From Spirochaetia bacterium (GTDB lineage Bacteria > Spirochaetota > Spirochaetia > WTKD01 > G963693115): a stretch of 64,000 bases of DNA. Below, one piece after another: positions 31,535 through 41,835 of the stretch. The position numbers were made by a program, and so were the translations under genes. The notes beneath the pieces are model-generated. The model was not told where the DNA came from. It searched no databases and saw only the letters and a list, made by a program, of their open reading frames with translations. Positions within the stretch are counted from its first letter, which is position 1. Each line of letters begins with the position of its first letter. Location: assembly GCA_965226055.1 (NCBI GenBank), contig CBDDCA010000006.1, forward strand, positions 640,001-704,000. Reading direction: 5' to 3'.

Positions 31535-32323
31535 ATGGAGATAGGATCATCAGATCACTTATCAAGTGATCGTTTTGCAAGAAGAACTGCTTTTTTTGGG
31601 GTAGTAGGATTACTTATCCTACTCCCTATTATCAACCCAGATACATATCTCGAAATTTATACGTTTGTTCCTGATGGTATTTTTGTGACGCTTCGTGTTG
31701 CTTTAGGATCAATTATATTATCAATAATAATTGGGATAGTTGCGGGAGTTGCGAGAGCATGGAATCCTATGCTCAATAAGATTGTATCTCTCTATGTTGA
31801 AATTATACGAGGGATTCCTCTCCTTGTGCAGTTAATATATGTGTATTTTGTGCTAGGAAAGCCTCTACGCTTTGTAGGTTTTGGTCGTGAAGGAATTGCT
31901 ATACTTGCTATGAGTTTTTGTTATGGGGCATATATGGCAGAAATAGTCCGAGCAGGGCTTATGTCTGTCTCTAAAGGTCAAATTGAGGCATCAATGGCGT
32001 TAGGGATGAATAAATTTCAAATTTACCGCCTTGTTATCATTCCTCAGGCTATAAAAATAATTATTCCTCCGTTTGGAAATGAATTTATTGCTTTATTGAA
32101 AGATTCTGCATTAGTATCAATTATTGCGGTAACTGATTTAATGAGGCGTGCAAGAGAGTATGCAGCAAGAACATTTGATTATTTTGAGGCGTATACGGTT
32201 GCTGCCCTTGTATATCTTCTAATGACCTTGTTTTTTTCTACTGTTATATCCTTTCTTGAAAAATATCTCTCTACAGAATCGAAGCGAAGAAGGATATTGG
32301 ATAAAAGTGATCAAGATCAATAA
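31535..32323 (+). CDS. Amino acid ABC transporter permease
   Basis: YVEIIRGIPLLVQL, AEIVRAG..GQIEAS.ALG, LLKDSAL. Confidence 0.92.
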   Translation: MEIGSSDHLSSDRFARRTAFFGVVGLLILLPIINPDTYLEIYTFVPDGIFVTLRVALGSIILSIIIGIVAGVARAWNPMLNKIVSLYVEIIRGIPLLVQLIYVYFVLGKPLRFVGFGREGIAILAMSFCYGAYMAEIVRAGLMSVSKGQIEASMALGMNKFQIYRLVIIPQAIKIIIPPFGNEFIALLKDSALVSIIAVTDLMRRAREYAARTFDYFEAYTVAALVYLLMTLFFSTVISFLEKYLSTESKRRRILDKSDQDQ

Positions 32324-32419
32324 AAATATATCTTTATATTCTTCTCGTTCATACGTATGGGGCAATAACGCATATAATGAGAACATTGTATATTATATAC
32401 ATATAAGAGGGTTAGGTAC

Positions 32420-33247
32420 TTGAAATCAAATACTGTTACACGACAAAGAGCAAAGCATTCTGTAAAAGAATCTTCTTTTACACAGAAAAAAGAAGATATG
32501 TCTAATACACCAATTGTAAAATTAGTGGATATAAAAAAAATATTTAAGATTCATAATAAAAAAAATTTTGCAGTCGATGGAGTGAATTTAGAAATTCGTA
32601 AGGGGCAAGTTGAATGTATTATTGGTCCATCTGGCAGTGGTAAAAGCACGCTTCTTCGTTGTATAAATTTATTGGAAATACCGAGTTCAGGTTCAATTTT
32701 TTTTGAAGGAACAGATATAACTCATATGAAGCAAAAAGCACCGTTAGTACGCAAGGAAATTGGTATGGTGTTTCAAAATTTTAATTTATTTTCGCATCTT
32801 AATGTATTACAAAATATTTGCTTAGCGCCAGTAAAAATAAAAAAAGAACCTCTAGATCAAACAAAAGAGTTAGCAAAAGAATTGTTGAAAAAAGTTGGTT
32901 TAGAAAATAAAGAGCTATCATATCCTTTTGAGTTATCTGGAGGGCAACAACAGAGGGCTGCCATTGCTCGAGCTCTGGCTATGCATCCAAAATTAATGTT
33001 ATTTGATGAGCCAACTTCGGCTTTAGATCCTGAAATGATTAAAGAAGTTCTTAGCGTTATGCAGGATCTTGCAAAAGAAGGGATGACTATGATAGTGGTA
33101 TCTCATGAAATGGGATTTGCTAAAACAGTAGCTGATACAGTATATTTTATGGATGCTGGAAAAATAGTAGAATGTGGTACTCCAGAAGAAGTATTTGATT
33201 CTCCACAATCCTTTCGAACAAAAGAATTTCTTTCTCATATTCTTTAA
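32420..33247 (+). CDS. Amino acid ABC transporter ATP-binding protein (GlnQ-like; start may be ATG 32498)
   Basis: [28 protein letters not shown]. Confidence 0.93.
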   Translation: MKSNTVTRQRAKHSVKESSFTQKKEDMSNTPIVKLVDIKKIFKIHNKKNFAVDGVNLEIRKGQVECIIGPSGSGKSTLLRCINLLEIPSSGSIFFEGTDITHMKQKAPLVRKEIGMVFQNFNLFSHLNVLQNICLAPVKIKKEPLDQTKELAKELLKKVGLENKELSYPFELSGGQQQRAAIARALAMHPKLMLFDEPTSALDPEMIKEVLSVMQDLAKEGMTMIVVSHEMGFAKTVADTVYFMDAGKIVECGTPEEVFDSPQSFRTKEFLSHIL

Positions 33248-33318
33248 GAAATTTTTTCATAGCTTTTAAAGCTAAAGAAAAATAATAAAAGTGTCGATAA
33301 AATACTAGGTATTTAATT

Positions 33319-34395
33319 ATGAAGAAAAGTATTAGTAATTCAGTATTATTGAATAGGGATGTAATGAATGTATTTCCAAAAGTGGAGTTGCATAGGCATA
33401 TAGAAGGAAGTTTTCATCTTGAAACTCTTTTTAAGATAGCAAAACGAAATAATCTTGATGTTCCTAAAAATTTTGATGACTTTGTTGAGCTTGCTCAATT
33501 TCCAAAAAATCATAAACCTGATTTTGCATTATTTTTATCTAAGTTTAGATCTGATTGGTACCGAAGTTTTAGAGATGTTGAGGATATTATCTACTCTTCG
33601 GTATATGCATTTAAGCAGGAGAATATATTTTTTATTGAATTACGTTTTTCTCCTGAGCATTTCTCACTTCAAAATGATTTTGATAGAGTTGAAATTACTA
33701 AATTAATTTTGAATACAGCAAATGCTGCTGCAAAAGATGCAGGATTTGCGATTAAATTTCTTGTTACTCTTAACAGAAATAAACAAAAACAGGAAGAAAT
33801 GCTGGCTCTTTATAAAAAAATAATTCACGCTGGCTTTGACGATATTGTTGGTTTTGATTTAGCAGGGAATGAAGAGTGGAATCCAGCAGAAGAATTTATC
33901 GATCTTTTTTCTCAAATACATAAAGAAAATAAAATTGGTATTACGATACACGCAGGAGAAGTAACTCCTGCTGAGCAAATTTGGAAAGCAATAGATAAAC
34001 TTCACGCAAAACGAATAGGGCATGGTACTTCTGCAATAAAGGATGAGAAGCTACAAACAAAATTGATAAAAGAAAAAATATATCTTGAGCAATGTCCAGT
34101 TTCTAATCATTATACAGGCTCTTGGATTGATACTCCTAGTCATCCTTTTAAGGTGCTTCATGAGAAAGGGGTGTTAGTAACATTAAACTCTGATGATCCA
34201 ACAATACAAAATGCTAACCTTACTGATGATTTTATAGCAGCCGTAAAGTATTTTGGTATTGATTGTGAAGATCTTAAAAAATTGAATATTAGATGTATTA
34301 AAGGCAGCTTTATTAGTGATTCAGAGCAAAAGAAATATATTTCTCAATATGAGGCTAAATATAAGCATTTTATTCATGAGTTCTCTCAAGAATAA
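33319..34395 (+). CDS. add: Adenosine deaminase
   Basis: PKVELHRHIEGS, HAGE, RIGHG, CPVSN, NSDDP. Confidence 0.9.
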   Translation: MKKSISNSVLLNRDVMNVFPKVELHRHIEGSFHLETLFKIAKRNNLDVPKNFDDFVELAQFPKNHKPDFALFLSKFRSDWYRSFRDVEDIIYSSVYAFKQENIFFIELRFSPEHFSLQNDFDRVEITKLILNTANAAAKDAGFAIKFLVTLNRNKQKQEEMLALYKKIIHAGFDDIVGFDLAGNEEWNPAEEFIDLFSQIHKENKIGITIHAGEVTPAEQIWKAIDKLHAKRIGHGTSAIKDEKLQTKLIKEKIYLEQCPVSNHYTGSWIDTPSHPFKVLHEKGVLVTLNSDDPTIQNANLTDDFIAAVKYFGIDCEDLKKLNIRCIKGSFISDSEQKKYISQYEAKYKHFIHEFSQE

Positions 34396-34407
34396 GTGCT
34401 ATTACAT

Positions 34408-34423
34408 TGTTTCACGTGAAACA
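34408..34423. promoter_or_regulatory. parS site 1
   Basis: Consensus TGTTTCACGTGAAACA inside a perfect 30-bp palindrome (34401-34430). Confidence 0.95.
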
Positions 34424-34461
34424 ATGTAATTATTCTACTACTAAAAATAATAACAAAGTGA

Positions 34462-34477
34462 TGTTTTACATGAAACA
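34462..34477. promoter_or_regulatory. parS site 2 (degenerate)
   Basis: TGTTTTACATGAAACA, 2 mismatches. Confidence 0.75.
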
Positions 34478-34506
34478 TCCTATCACTAAAAACAGTAATT
34501 GGGCGA

Positions 34507-34522
34507 TGTTTCACGTGAAACA
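34507..34522. promoter_or_regulatory. parS site 3
   Basis: Consensus TGTTTCACGTGAAACA. Confidence 0.95.
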
Positions 34523-34527
34523 TTGTA

Positions 34528-36978
34528 TTATTCTATATCGTTAGAAACAACAGCTCCAGTGATGATATCATCGTTATCAAGAGTAAATATCATTACTCCT
34601 CGAGAGTTTCTTCCTTGTATAGCACAGGTATTTGCATTGATTCGAATTGTTTTTCCTTGTTGGCTGATAGCACTAATACTATCTTGTTCTTGTGTTTTAA
34701 GGGCAGTGCATAATATACCTGAAGTAGCAGAAATGCTCATAGCAATCATGCCAGATGTTCCTCTTCCATGAGGAGAAATATCTTTTGCTTGTATACGTTT
34801 TGCATATCCTTTTGCTGAAATGAGAGTAAATACAGATGCGTCATTTCCTATCAATACAGCTGTTATATAGCTGTCAGCTTTTAGTTTTAATCCTCTCACT
34901 CCTGCAGCTGTTCTTCCCATTGATCGAATACTGATGGCATTCAACCGAAGCACTTTTCCATTGCTGGAAAATATAAATATATCATCTTTATTTGTTGTTA
35001 TATTACTATCTGCAACAAAATCATTTTCATTTAAGGTTATTAATCGAAGTCCTCTTTTTGTTGTAGTCCCTTTTAGCTGTTCTCCTATAAGTTTTTTTAT
35101 TTTTCCTTTGTTTGTAATAATAATGAGAGAAGAATCTTTATTGAAATCAGGAGCGGTAAGAATAGAGGTTATTCTTTCATCTTGTTGTAAAGGAAGGATA
35201 GTTCGTATGCTAGTACCACGAGAGGTGCGTGTAGCTTCTGGTATCTGATATGTTTTTATAGAAAATCCACGACCAAGAGAAGATATAAAAAGCATAGTGT
35301 CGTGAGTGCTTCCTACATAAATTTTATCAAGGCTATCATCTTTTGTTAAGTTTACTCCAAGTTTCCCTTTTCCGCCCCTGTTTTGTACTCCAAAATTTGC
35401 AATATTAGTACGTTTGATATACCCACTTTGTGTAAGCGTTACCATCATTCCCTCTTTGTTGATAAGCTCTTCTTCAGAGAGGGAGACTGCTGTGCCGTGC
35501 TGAATATCTGTTCTTCTTTCGGAAGCGTATTTTGTGCTAAGTGTTTGTATGCTTTCTTTTATAATTGATTTTACGCGTTCTGGGGTATTAAGAATATCTT
35601 GTAAATCAATGATAAGTGCTTCTAGTTTTTCAAGTTCATCAATCAGCTTTTTTGTTTCTAAAGAAGTAAGACGAGCAAGACGCATATCCAGTATTGCTTT
35701 TGTTTGTTCATCATCAAGTGAGAATGTGCTAACGAGTTTTTGGTGAGCTTCATTTGTATCTTTAGAGTTTTTGATAAGCTCTATAACTTCATCAATATTA
35801 TTGAGTGCAATGAGTAGTCCGCGTAGTATATGAGCACGTTTCTCTGCTTCTTCAAGTTCATACTGTGTTTTACGAATGATAACTTCTTTTCGATGATCAA
35901 TGAAAATTTTTAAGCATTGTTTTAATCCCAAAGTAAGGGGGGTTTGATCAACAAGTGCTGTGATATTTATACTGTAATTTGATTGAAAATCTGTTAAGGC
36001 AAATATTTTTTGAAGCGTAAGCTGTACATTGCTTTCTTTTTTTAGCTCTACAATAATGCGTATTCCTTTTCTGTTAGAAATATCTCGTATGTCTCGAATA
36101 CCGGTGATTGTTTCGTTATTTACTAATGCAGCAAGTCGTGCTATCATTTCAGATTTTCTTTTAGCATAAGGAATATCAGTGAAGATAATTTGATCATATC
36201 CTTTAGATTGTTCTAGTGTATGCCTTGATTGAATAGTAATAATGCCGCGTCCTGTTTTATATGCTTTTTTTATTCCGCTTGTACCCATTATAATGCCACC
36301 AGTAGGAAAGTCTGGACCTTTTACAATATCACATAGTTCTTCTGTGCTGATGTTAGGATTATCAACTTGTTGTATCACTGCTGCAGCTAACTCATGAAGA
36401 TTATGTGGTGGAACCTCTGTGGTTAGCCCTACAGCTATACCAGTGGAGCCATTTAATAATAGAAATGGGAGCACAGAGGGGAGTACCGTTGGTTCTTTTG
36501 TAGATTCATCAAAGTTAGGAACAAAATCAACAGTATTTTTGCGAATATTTGCAAGCAACTCTTCTGAAATTTGAGATAGCTTTGCTTCAGTATAACGATA
36601 TGCTGCAGGAGGATCGCCATCAATAGATCCAAAATTTCCTTGTCCAATTATCAATGGATATCGCATGGAAAAATTTTGTGATAAACGTGCAAGAGCATTG
36701 TATATACTATCTGGTCCATGAGGGTGATAATTTGATATTACGCCCCCTACAATTCTGGCACATTTTCTTGTGGTTCCTGTGTGATGAAGTCCAGATTCAA
36801 ACATAGTGTATAATATTCTTCTATGTACTGGTTTTAGCCCATCTCGTGCATCAGGTAATGCTCTACTCACAATAACTGACATTGCGTAGGTGAGATAGGA
36901 TGTTTTTACTTCCTTTTCAATATCTATGGGAATAATCTGCCCAGAATTTTCAATATATGTATCATCGTTATTGGACAA
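34528..36978 (-). CDS. gyrA: DNA gyrase subunit A
   Basis: RALPDARDGLKPVHRR, AAYRYTE, GyrA-box QNRGGKG; TTG start with SD AAGGAG. Confidence 0.95.
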   Translation of the reverse strand: MSNNDDTYIENSGQIIPIDIEKEVKTSYLTYAMSVIVSRALPDARDGLKPVHRRILYTMFESGLHHTGTTRKCARIVGGVISNYHPHGPDSIYNALARLSQNFSMRYPLIIGQGNFGSIDGDPPAAYRYTEAKLSQISEELLANIRKNTVDFVPNFDESTKEPTVLPSVLPFLLLNGSTGIAVGLTTEVPPHNLHELAAAVIQQVDNPNISTEELCDIVKGPDFPTGGIIMGTSGIKKAYKTGRGIITIQSRHTLEQSKGYDQIIFTDIPYAKRKSEMIARLAALVNNETITGIRDIRDISNRKGIRIIVELKKESNVQLTLQKIFALTDFQSNYSINITALVDQTPLTLGLKQCLKIFIDHRKEVIIRKTQYELEEAEKRAHILRGLLIALNNIDEVIELIKNSKDTNEAHQKLVSTFSLDDEQTKAILDMRLARLTSLETKKLIDELEKLEALIIDLQDILNTPERVKSIIKESIQTLSTKYASERRTDIQHGTAVSLSEEELINKEGMMVTLTQSGYIKRTNIANFGVQNRGGKGKLGVNLTKDDSLDKIYVGSTHDTMLFISSLGRGFSIKTYQIPEATRTSRGTSIRTILPLQQDERITSILTAPDFNKDSSLIIITNKGKIKKLIGEQLKGTTTKRGLRLITLNENDFVADSNITTNKDDIFIFSSNGKVLRLNAISIRSMGRTAAGVRGLKLKADSYITAVLIGNDASVFTLISAKGYAKRIQAKDISPHGRGTSGMIAMSISATSGILCTALKTQEQDSISAISQQGKTIRINANTCAIQGRNSRGVMIFTLDNDDIITGAVVSNDIE

Positions 36979-37020
36979 TTGCTAACTCCTTGTTATGTAA
37001 TATGTTATTATTATTTTTTA

Positions 37021-38955
37021 CTATATATCTAAATTTACAACTTTTTGTGCATTTTCCTCTATAAACTCTCTTCGTGGAGCAACATCTTCTCCGAGTAATA
37101 AAGTAAAGGCTTCATCTGCAATGATTGCATCGTTGATAGTGACTTGTAATAGTTTTCTGTTTTCGGGATTCATTGTAGTTTCCCATAGCTCTTCATCGTT
37201 CATTTCTCCCAGTCCTTTGAAACGAGTAATAAAAATGTTTTGTTTTCCATGCTTTTCCTGTAATTCAGTAAAAATAAGAGAGCGTTCTTTTTCGGAATAA
37301 GCATACTTGTATTCTTTTTTTGTTTTTAATAAAAATAAGGGAGGGACAGCAATATATAAATTTCCATTTTCAATAAGTGGTTTCATGTATCGAAAAAAGA
37401 ACGTGAGGAGTAGTGTGCGTATATGTGATCCGTCCACATCAGCATCTGCCATAATAATAACTCGATTGTATCGTAGTTTTGTTATATCAAAGAGGTTGCT
37501 GATATTAGTACCCAATGTGGCAATAATGGGATGAAGCTTTGCATTATTTTGTATTTTTGTTATGGAATCTTGCATTTTTTCTACATTTGATGGTTTACCA
37601 AACAAAGGTAAGATAGCTTGCGTAGTGCTATCTCTTCCTAATTTTGCACTTCCTCCTGCAGAATCTCCTTCTACTAAAAACACTTCTGTTTTAGAGGGAT
37701 CTTTTTCAAGGCAGTCAGTCAATTTTCCAGGAAGCGATGCATTTCCTAATGGTGTTTTTCTGAGTGTGTTATCATATACTTTTTGGCTTTCTATACGAGC
37801 AAGGGCGGATCGAATACATTTTTCAAGTATTGTTTGTACTATACGAGGGTTATGATCAAGGATTTTTGTTAATGTTTCGCTTGTAGATGATTCAACAAAG
37901 CCACGGACTTCGGTATTACTCAATTTTGTCTTTGTTTGTCCTGAAAATGTAGGTTCTTGTATCTTCAAAGAGAGTACTGCAATAAGTCCTGCTTGGACAT
38001 CTGATCCTGTAAACGCTGTTCCTTTTAAGGGCTTTGCTAGTTTTTCTTGTTGCTTTAAGTATTTATTAAAGGTACGTGTGAGAGCAGACTTAAAGCCTTC
38101 TAAGTGCGTGCCTCCTTCTTTTGTATAAATACTGTTTACAAAAGCAGAAATAATACTTTCTTGACCGCTCACATAGGAGAGAGCTATTTCTAACTCAGAT
38201 TGTTCTCCTTCATTTTTAATAGTAATAGGTGCTTCAATAAGAGGCTTTTTTTCTTTTGAAAGATTTTTGATAAAGTCAGCGATACCAATTTCAGAATAGT
38301 AGGTAGTTTTTTTGTGAGGCTCTTTTCTTTCATCAATAAGGTGTATGGATATATTTTTGTTAAGATATGCAAGTTCTCGTAATCGATGTGAAAGGGTGTT
38401 GAAATCAAAATTTTGTGTATCCTTAAAGATACTTGCATCAGGCAAGAAGGATATTTCTGTGCCTCGTAAGGAACTTTCTCCTATTATTTCTAATGTACTT
38501 GTGGGTGTACCAATTTCATAGCTTTGCTTATATATTTTTCCTTCTCTATGAACTTTTGCGGTACACCAAGAGGAGAGGGCATTTACTACTGCACATCCAA
38601 CACCGTGAAGTCCTCCTGATATTTTATATGCATCTTTTGCAAATTTACCCCCTGCGTGAAGTTTTGTCATTACTATTTCTACTGCACTGAGGTTATCGCT
38701 ATGAGTATCAACGGGAATTCCACGTCCATTATCGCGTATTGTTACGCTATTATCTGTATGTAAGTGTACATGTATTTCGTTACAGTATCCAGCGAGTGCT
38801 TCGTCTATGCTATTATCGACAATTTCGTAGATAAGATGATGAAGTCCATCACTGTCAGTAGATCCAATATACATGCCTGGTCGTGTACGAACGGCATTTA
38901 ATCCTTCTTGCACTTGAATTTGTTGAGCGGTATAGTTTGTTTTTTGCATATACAT
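37021..38955 (-). CDS. gyrB: DNA gyrase subunit B
   Basis: RPGMYIG, EIVDNSIDE, EGDSAGG, DADVDG.HI, RFKGLGEM. Confidence 0.95.
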   Translation of the reverse strand: MYMQKTNYTAQQIQVQEGLNAVRTRPGMYIGSTDSDGLHHLIYEIVDNSIDEALAGYCNEIHVHLHTDNSVTIRDNGRGIPVDTHSDNLSAVEIVMTKLHAGGKFAKDAYKISGGLHGVGCAVVNALSSWCTAKVHREGKIYKQSYEIGTPTSTLEIIGESSLRGTEISFLPDASIFKDTQNFDFNTLSHRLRELAYLNKNISIHLIDERKEPHKKTTYYSEIGIADFIKNLSKEKKPLIEAPITIKNEGEQSELEIALSYVSGQESIISAFVNSIYTKEGGTHLEGFKSALTRTFNKYLKQQEKLAKPLKGTAFTGSDVQAGLIAVLSLKIQEPTFSGQTKTKLSNTEVRGFVESSTSETLTKILDHNPRIVQTILEKCIRSALARIESQKVYDNTLRKTPLGNASLPGKLTDCLEKDPSKTEVFLVEGDSAGGSAKLGRDSTTQAILPLFGKPSNVEKMQDSITKIQNNAKLHPIIATLGTNISNLFDITKLRYNRVIIMADADVDGSHIRTLLLTFFFRYMKPLIENGNLYIAVPPLFLLKTKKEYKYAYSEKERSLIFTELQEKHGKQNIFITRFKGLGEMNDEELWETTMNPENRKLLQVTINDAIIADEAFTLLLGEDVAPRREFIEENAQKVVNLDI

Positions 38956-39093
38956 ATAGTATAGTGTATTTTGTAATATATTTCTCTAAGGGACATATAG
39001 GTATAAGTGGAACTTGAGCTTTATGTTTCTTACTTAAAAAAATATAAATATACTATAATAAAAAAATAATGATATAAATATAAGGAGTATTAT

Positions 39094-40566
39094 ATGCAAT
39101 ATAAGCCAATAAAACCTATTACCGCATTTTTAGCAGTATTTCCAGTAGTATTTGTGTTAGTATTTGCTATAGTGGGGGTGTTAGTATTAAAAATTCATAT
39201 AGAATGGATATTGATAATAAGTAGTTTGCTTGTAGCATGTATTGCGTATTGGCAAGGATATTCTTGGCAAGATATTGAAAATGCTTTATCGCGTAAAATA
39301 TCTGAGGTATGGATTGGGATACTGATTCTTCTGTTGGTTGGTGCTATTGTCGGAACTTGGATGTTTAGTGGTACTGTTCCTATGCTTATTTACTATGGCA
39401 TTAAATGGCTTGATCCTAGTTATGTTCCTATTGTAGCATTTATTGTTACTTCGTTAGTTGCTTTGTTTACAGGGACCTCATGGGGATCTGCTGCTACTTC
39501 AGGGGTAGCGTTTATAGGGGTAGCTCAATCTGTTAATGCTTCAATTCCTCTTGTTGCTGGGGCGATTATTAGTGGTGCATATTTGGGTGATAAAAATTCT
39601 CCTGTGTCAGATACAACGGTATTGTCAGCCATAGGATCGAAAGTATCTTTGTATCGTCATGTCAGCTCTATGATGAGAATATCCATTCCTGCTGTTGTTA
39701 TATGTATTGTACTGTATTTAGTGTTGGGAAATATTTTAAGTAATCCTTCTGCTGGTGAATCTCAGATTGCTCAAAAAATATTGAGTGATTTAGAGCAGAT
39801 ATATAATTTTAATATACTATTGTTGTTGCCTGCGGTGATAGTATTTGGAGGGGCTACTCTGCGATTTCCTCCTGTGCCACTGTTACTTTTTGGGAGTTTA
39901 GCAGCATTATTACTAGGAATACTCTTTCAAGGATATGGGTTTGCTGATGGTGTTGCTTCTATGATTCATGGTTTTAGAATTTCTATGAGTTCTGTGGATC
40001 AAGGGGATATTGTGCAAGAATTAGTGGAGCTACTCAATCGTGGTGGAATTAGCAGTATGCTCGGTACAGTGCTATTTATTAGTTGTTCTATGACTTTGGG
40101 GGCATTATTGGAGCTTACTGGGGCTTTTGATAAGATATTAGCACTATTATCACATCTTATATATGGTGCAACAAGTTTAGTTATAATTACATGGTTTCTT
40201 GCTTTTATTATCAATACAAGTGTAAGTTCTGCTCAGTTTACTTTTTTGACTTTAGGGCCTATTTTAAGAAAACTGTATATAAAACATAATGTCAATCCTT
40301 CTGTTCTTTCTCGTAGTATGGAAGAAGGGGCTACTATCACAGAACCTCTTATTCCTTGGACAGTGACTGGTATTTATATGGCAACAATATTGGGTATTCC
40401 AAACTTTCAGTTTGCTCCATTTGCTATATATAACCTTGCTTGTGTAGCCATTATGTTTGTGTATGCATTTATTCCAAACTTTAAGTACGGTACTCCTCCA
40501 TTAGAGAAAGAAGAAGGTGCTGTTGAGTCTGATGTTGAGCATAATATTGAACATAATACAGTATAA
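39094..40566 (+). CDS. NhaC-family Na+/H+ antiporter or amino acid transporter
   Basis: TGTSWGS, SGAYLGDKNSPVSDTT, PLIPW. Confidence 0.88.
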   Translation: MQYKPIKPITAFLAVFPVVFVLVFAIVGVLVLKIHIEWILIISSLLVACIAYWQGYSWQDIENALSRKISEVWIGILILLLVGAIVGTWMFSGTVPMLIYYGIKWLDPSYVPIVAFIVTSLVALFTGTSWGSAATSGVAFIGVAQSVNASIPLVAGAIISGAYLGDKNSPVSDTTVLSAIGSKVSLYRHVSSMMRISIPAVVICIVLYLVLGNILSNPSAGESQIAQKILSDLEQIYNFNILLLLPAVIVFGGATLRFPPVPLLLFGSLAALLLGILFQGYGFADGVASMIHGFRISMSSVDQGDIVQELVELLNRGGISSMLGTVLFISCSMTLGALLELTGAFDKILALLSHLIYGATSLVIITWFLAFIINTSVSSAQFTFLTLGPILRKLYIKHNVNPSVLSRSMEEGATITEPLIPWTVTGIYMATILGIPNFQFAPFAIYNLACVAIMFVYAFIPNFKYGTPPLEKEEGAVESDVEHNIEHNTV

Positions 40567-40593
40567 AGAAAAGGAATTTTACATACAATCATA

Positions 40594-41772
40594 ATGAAAG
40601 AAGCATCGCTTGAGACATTGCTTATACAATACCAAGAGCAAGCAGAGGGCCCTGTTGTTCCTCCTATTTATCAAACAAGTAATTTTCAGTTTAAGGACTG
40701 GGAGTCAATAGATAGAGCCTTTGACGATCCAGTAAACACTGCTATATATGCGAGAGGGAAGAATCCGTCAGTAGCAATGATTGAAGAAAAAATAGCTCTC
40801 ATCTGTGGAGGAGAAAAAGCAAAATTTTTCTCCTCAGGAATGGCAGCTATCTCGTCTGCTATTCTTCATTGCGTACAATCAGGAGATCATGTAATAGCAG
40901 TCAAAAATATATACGGGCCAGCAAATAATTTTCTTAATGTGTACTTAAGAGAAAAATTTAATATTGATACTACATTTATTGAAGGAAAAGATCTTGATGA
41001 GTTTAGAAATTCAATAAGGAAAAACACAAAACTGATCTATTTAGAAAGTCCATCAACGGCAGTGTTTGCTCTTCAAGATATTGAAGGGGTTGCAAAGATA
41101 GCGAGAGAGCATGCTATAAAAACAATAATTGATAATAGCTGTGCTACTCCTGTATTTCAGCAACCGTTATTATTAGGTATAGATTTAGAAGTTCATTCTT
41201 GCTCTAAATACATAAATGGCCATAGTGATGTTGTTGCTGGTGTTATTATTGGGAAAGAAGGGGATATACATTCTATTTCTTTGCGAGAATTTCCTTGGTT
41301 TGGTGCAAAATTAGCACCTTTTGAAGCTTGGTTAATTTTAAGAGGACTGAGAACGTTACGATTGCGAATGACACAGCATCAGCATAATGCTATGAAAATA
41401 GCAGAGTTTTTGTCTCAGCATCCCAAAGTGACAAAGGTTACGTACACAGGCTTAGCGACATTCCCTCAAAAAGAGTTAGCAAATAAACAGATGAAAGGGC
41501 ATTCAGGTTTGTTAAGTTTTCAGCTATCTACTACAAACTTAGAGCAAATAAAGAATTTTTTTAATTCTCTTCAGTATTTTAGGATTGCAATAAGTTGGGG
41601 AGGGTATGAGAGTTTAGTATATGCTCCTGCAATAAGTTATCTTAAAGAGTTACCTGCAGAACAATTTGAGGCACTTGGTATTTCTTTAGGTGATATACGT
41701 ATATCAGTAGGATTAGAAGATGCAGATGATTTAATACATGATCTCAACGAGGCTCTCAAACACATACTGTGA
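40594..41772 (+). CDS. PLP-dependent trans-sulfuration enzyme (Cys/Met metabolism family)
   Basis: VPPIYQTS, SSGMAAIS, YLESP, SCSKYINGHSD, RISVGLED. Confidence 0.92.
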   Translation: MKEASLETLLIQYQEQAEGPVVPPIYQTSNFQFKDWESIDRAFDDPVNTAIYARGKNPSVAMIEEKIALICGGEKAKFFSSGMAAISSAILHCVQSGDHVIAVKNIYGPANNFLNVYLREKFNIDTTFIEGKDLDEFRNSIRKNTKLIYLESPSTAVFALQDIEGVAKIAREHAIKTIIDNSCATPVFQQPLLLGIDLEVHSCSKYINGHSDVVAGVIIGKEGDIHSISLREFPWFGAKLAPFEAWLILRGLRTLRLRMTQHQHNAMKIAEFLSQHPKVTKVTYTGLATFPQKELANKQMKGHSGLLSFQLSTTNLEQIKNFFNSLQYFRIAISWGGYESLVYAPAISYLKELPAEQFEALGISLGDIRISVGLEDADDLIHDLNEALKHIL

Positions 41773-41785
41773 TTATCTTTATATA

Positions 41786-41811
41786 GCAAGAAAGGAGTTA
41801 TCCTTTCTTGC
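41786..41811. terminator. Hairpin between convergent genes
   Basis: gcaagaaagga-gtta-tcctttcttgc. Confidence 0.7.
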
Positions 41812-41835
41812 CAAGGTATATATTTCTACACTATG

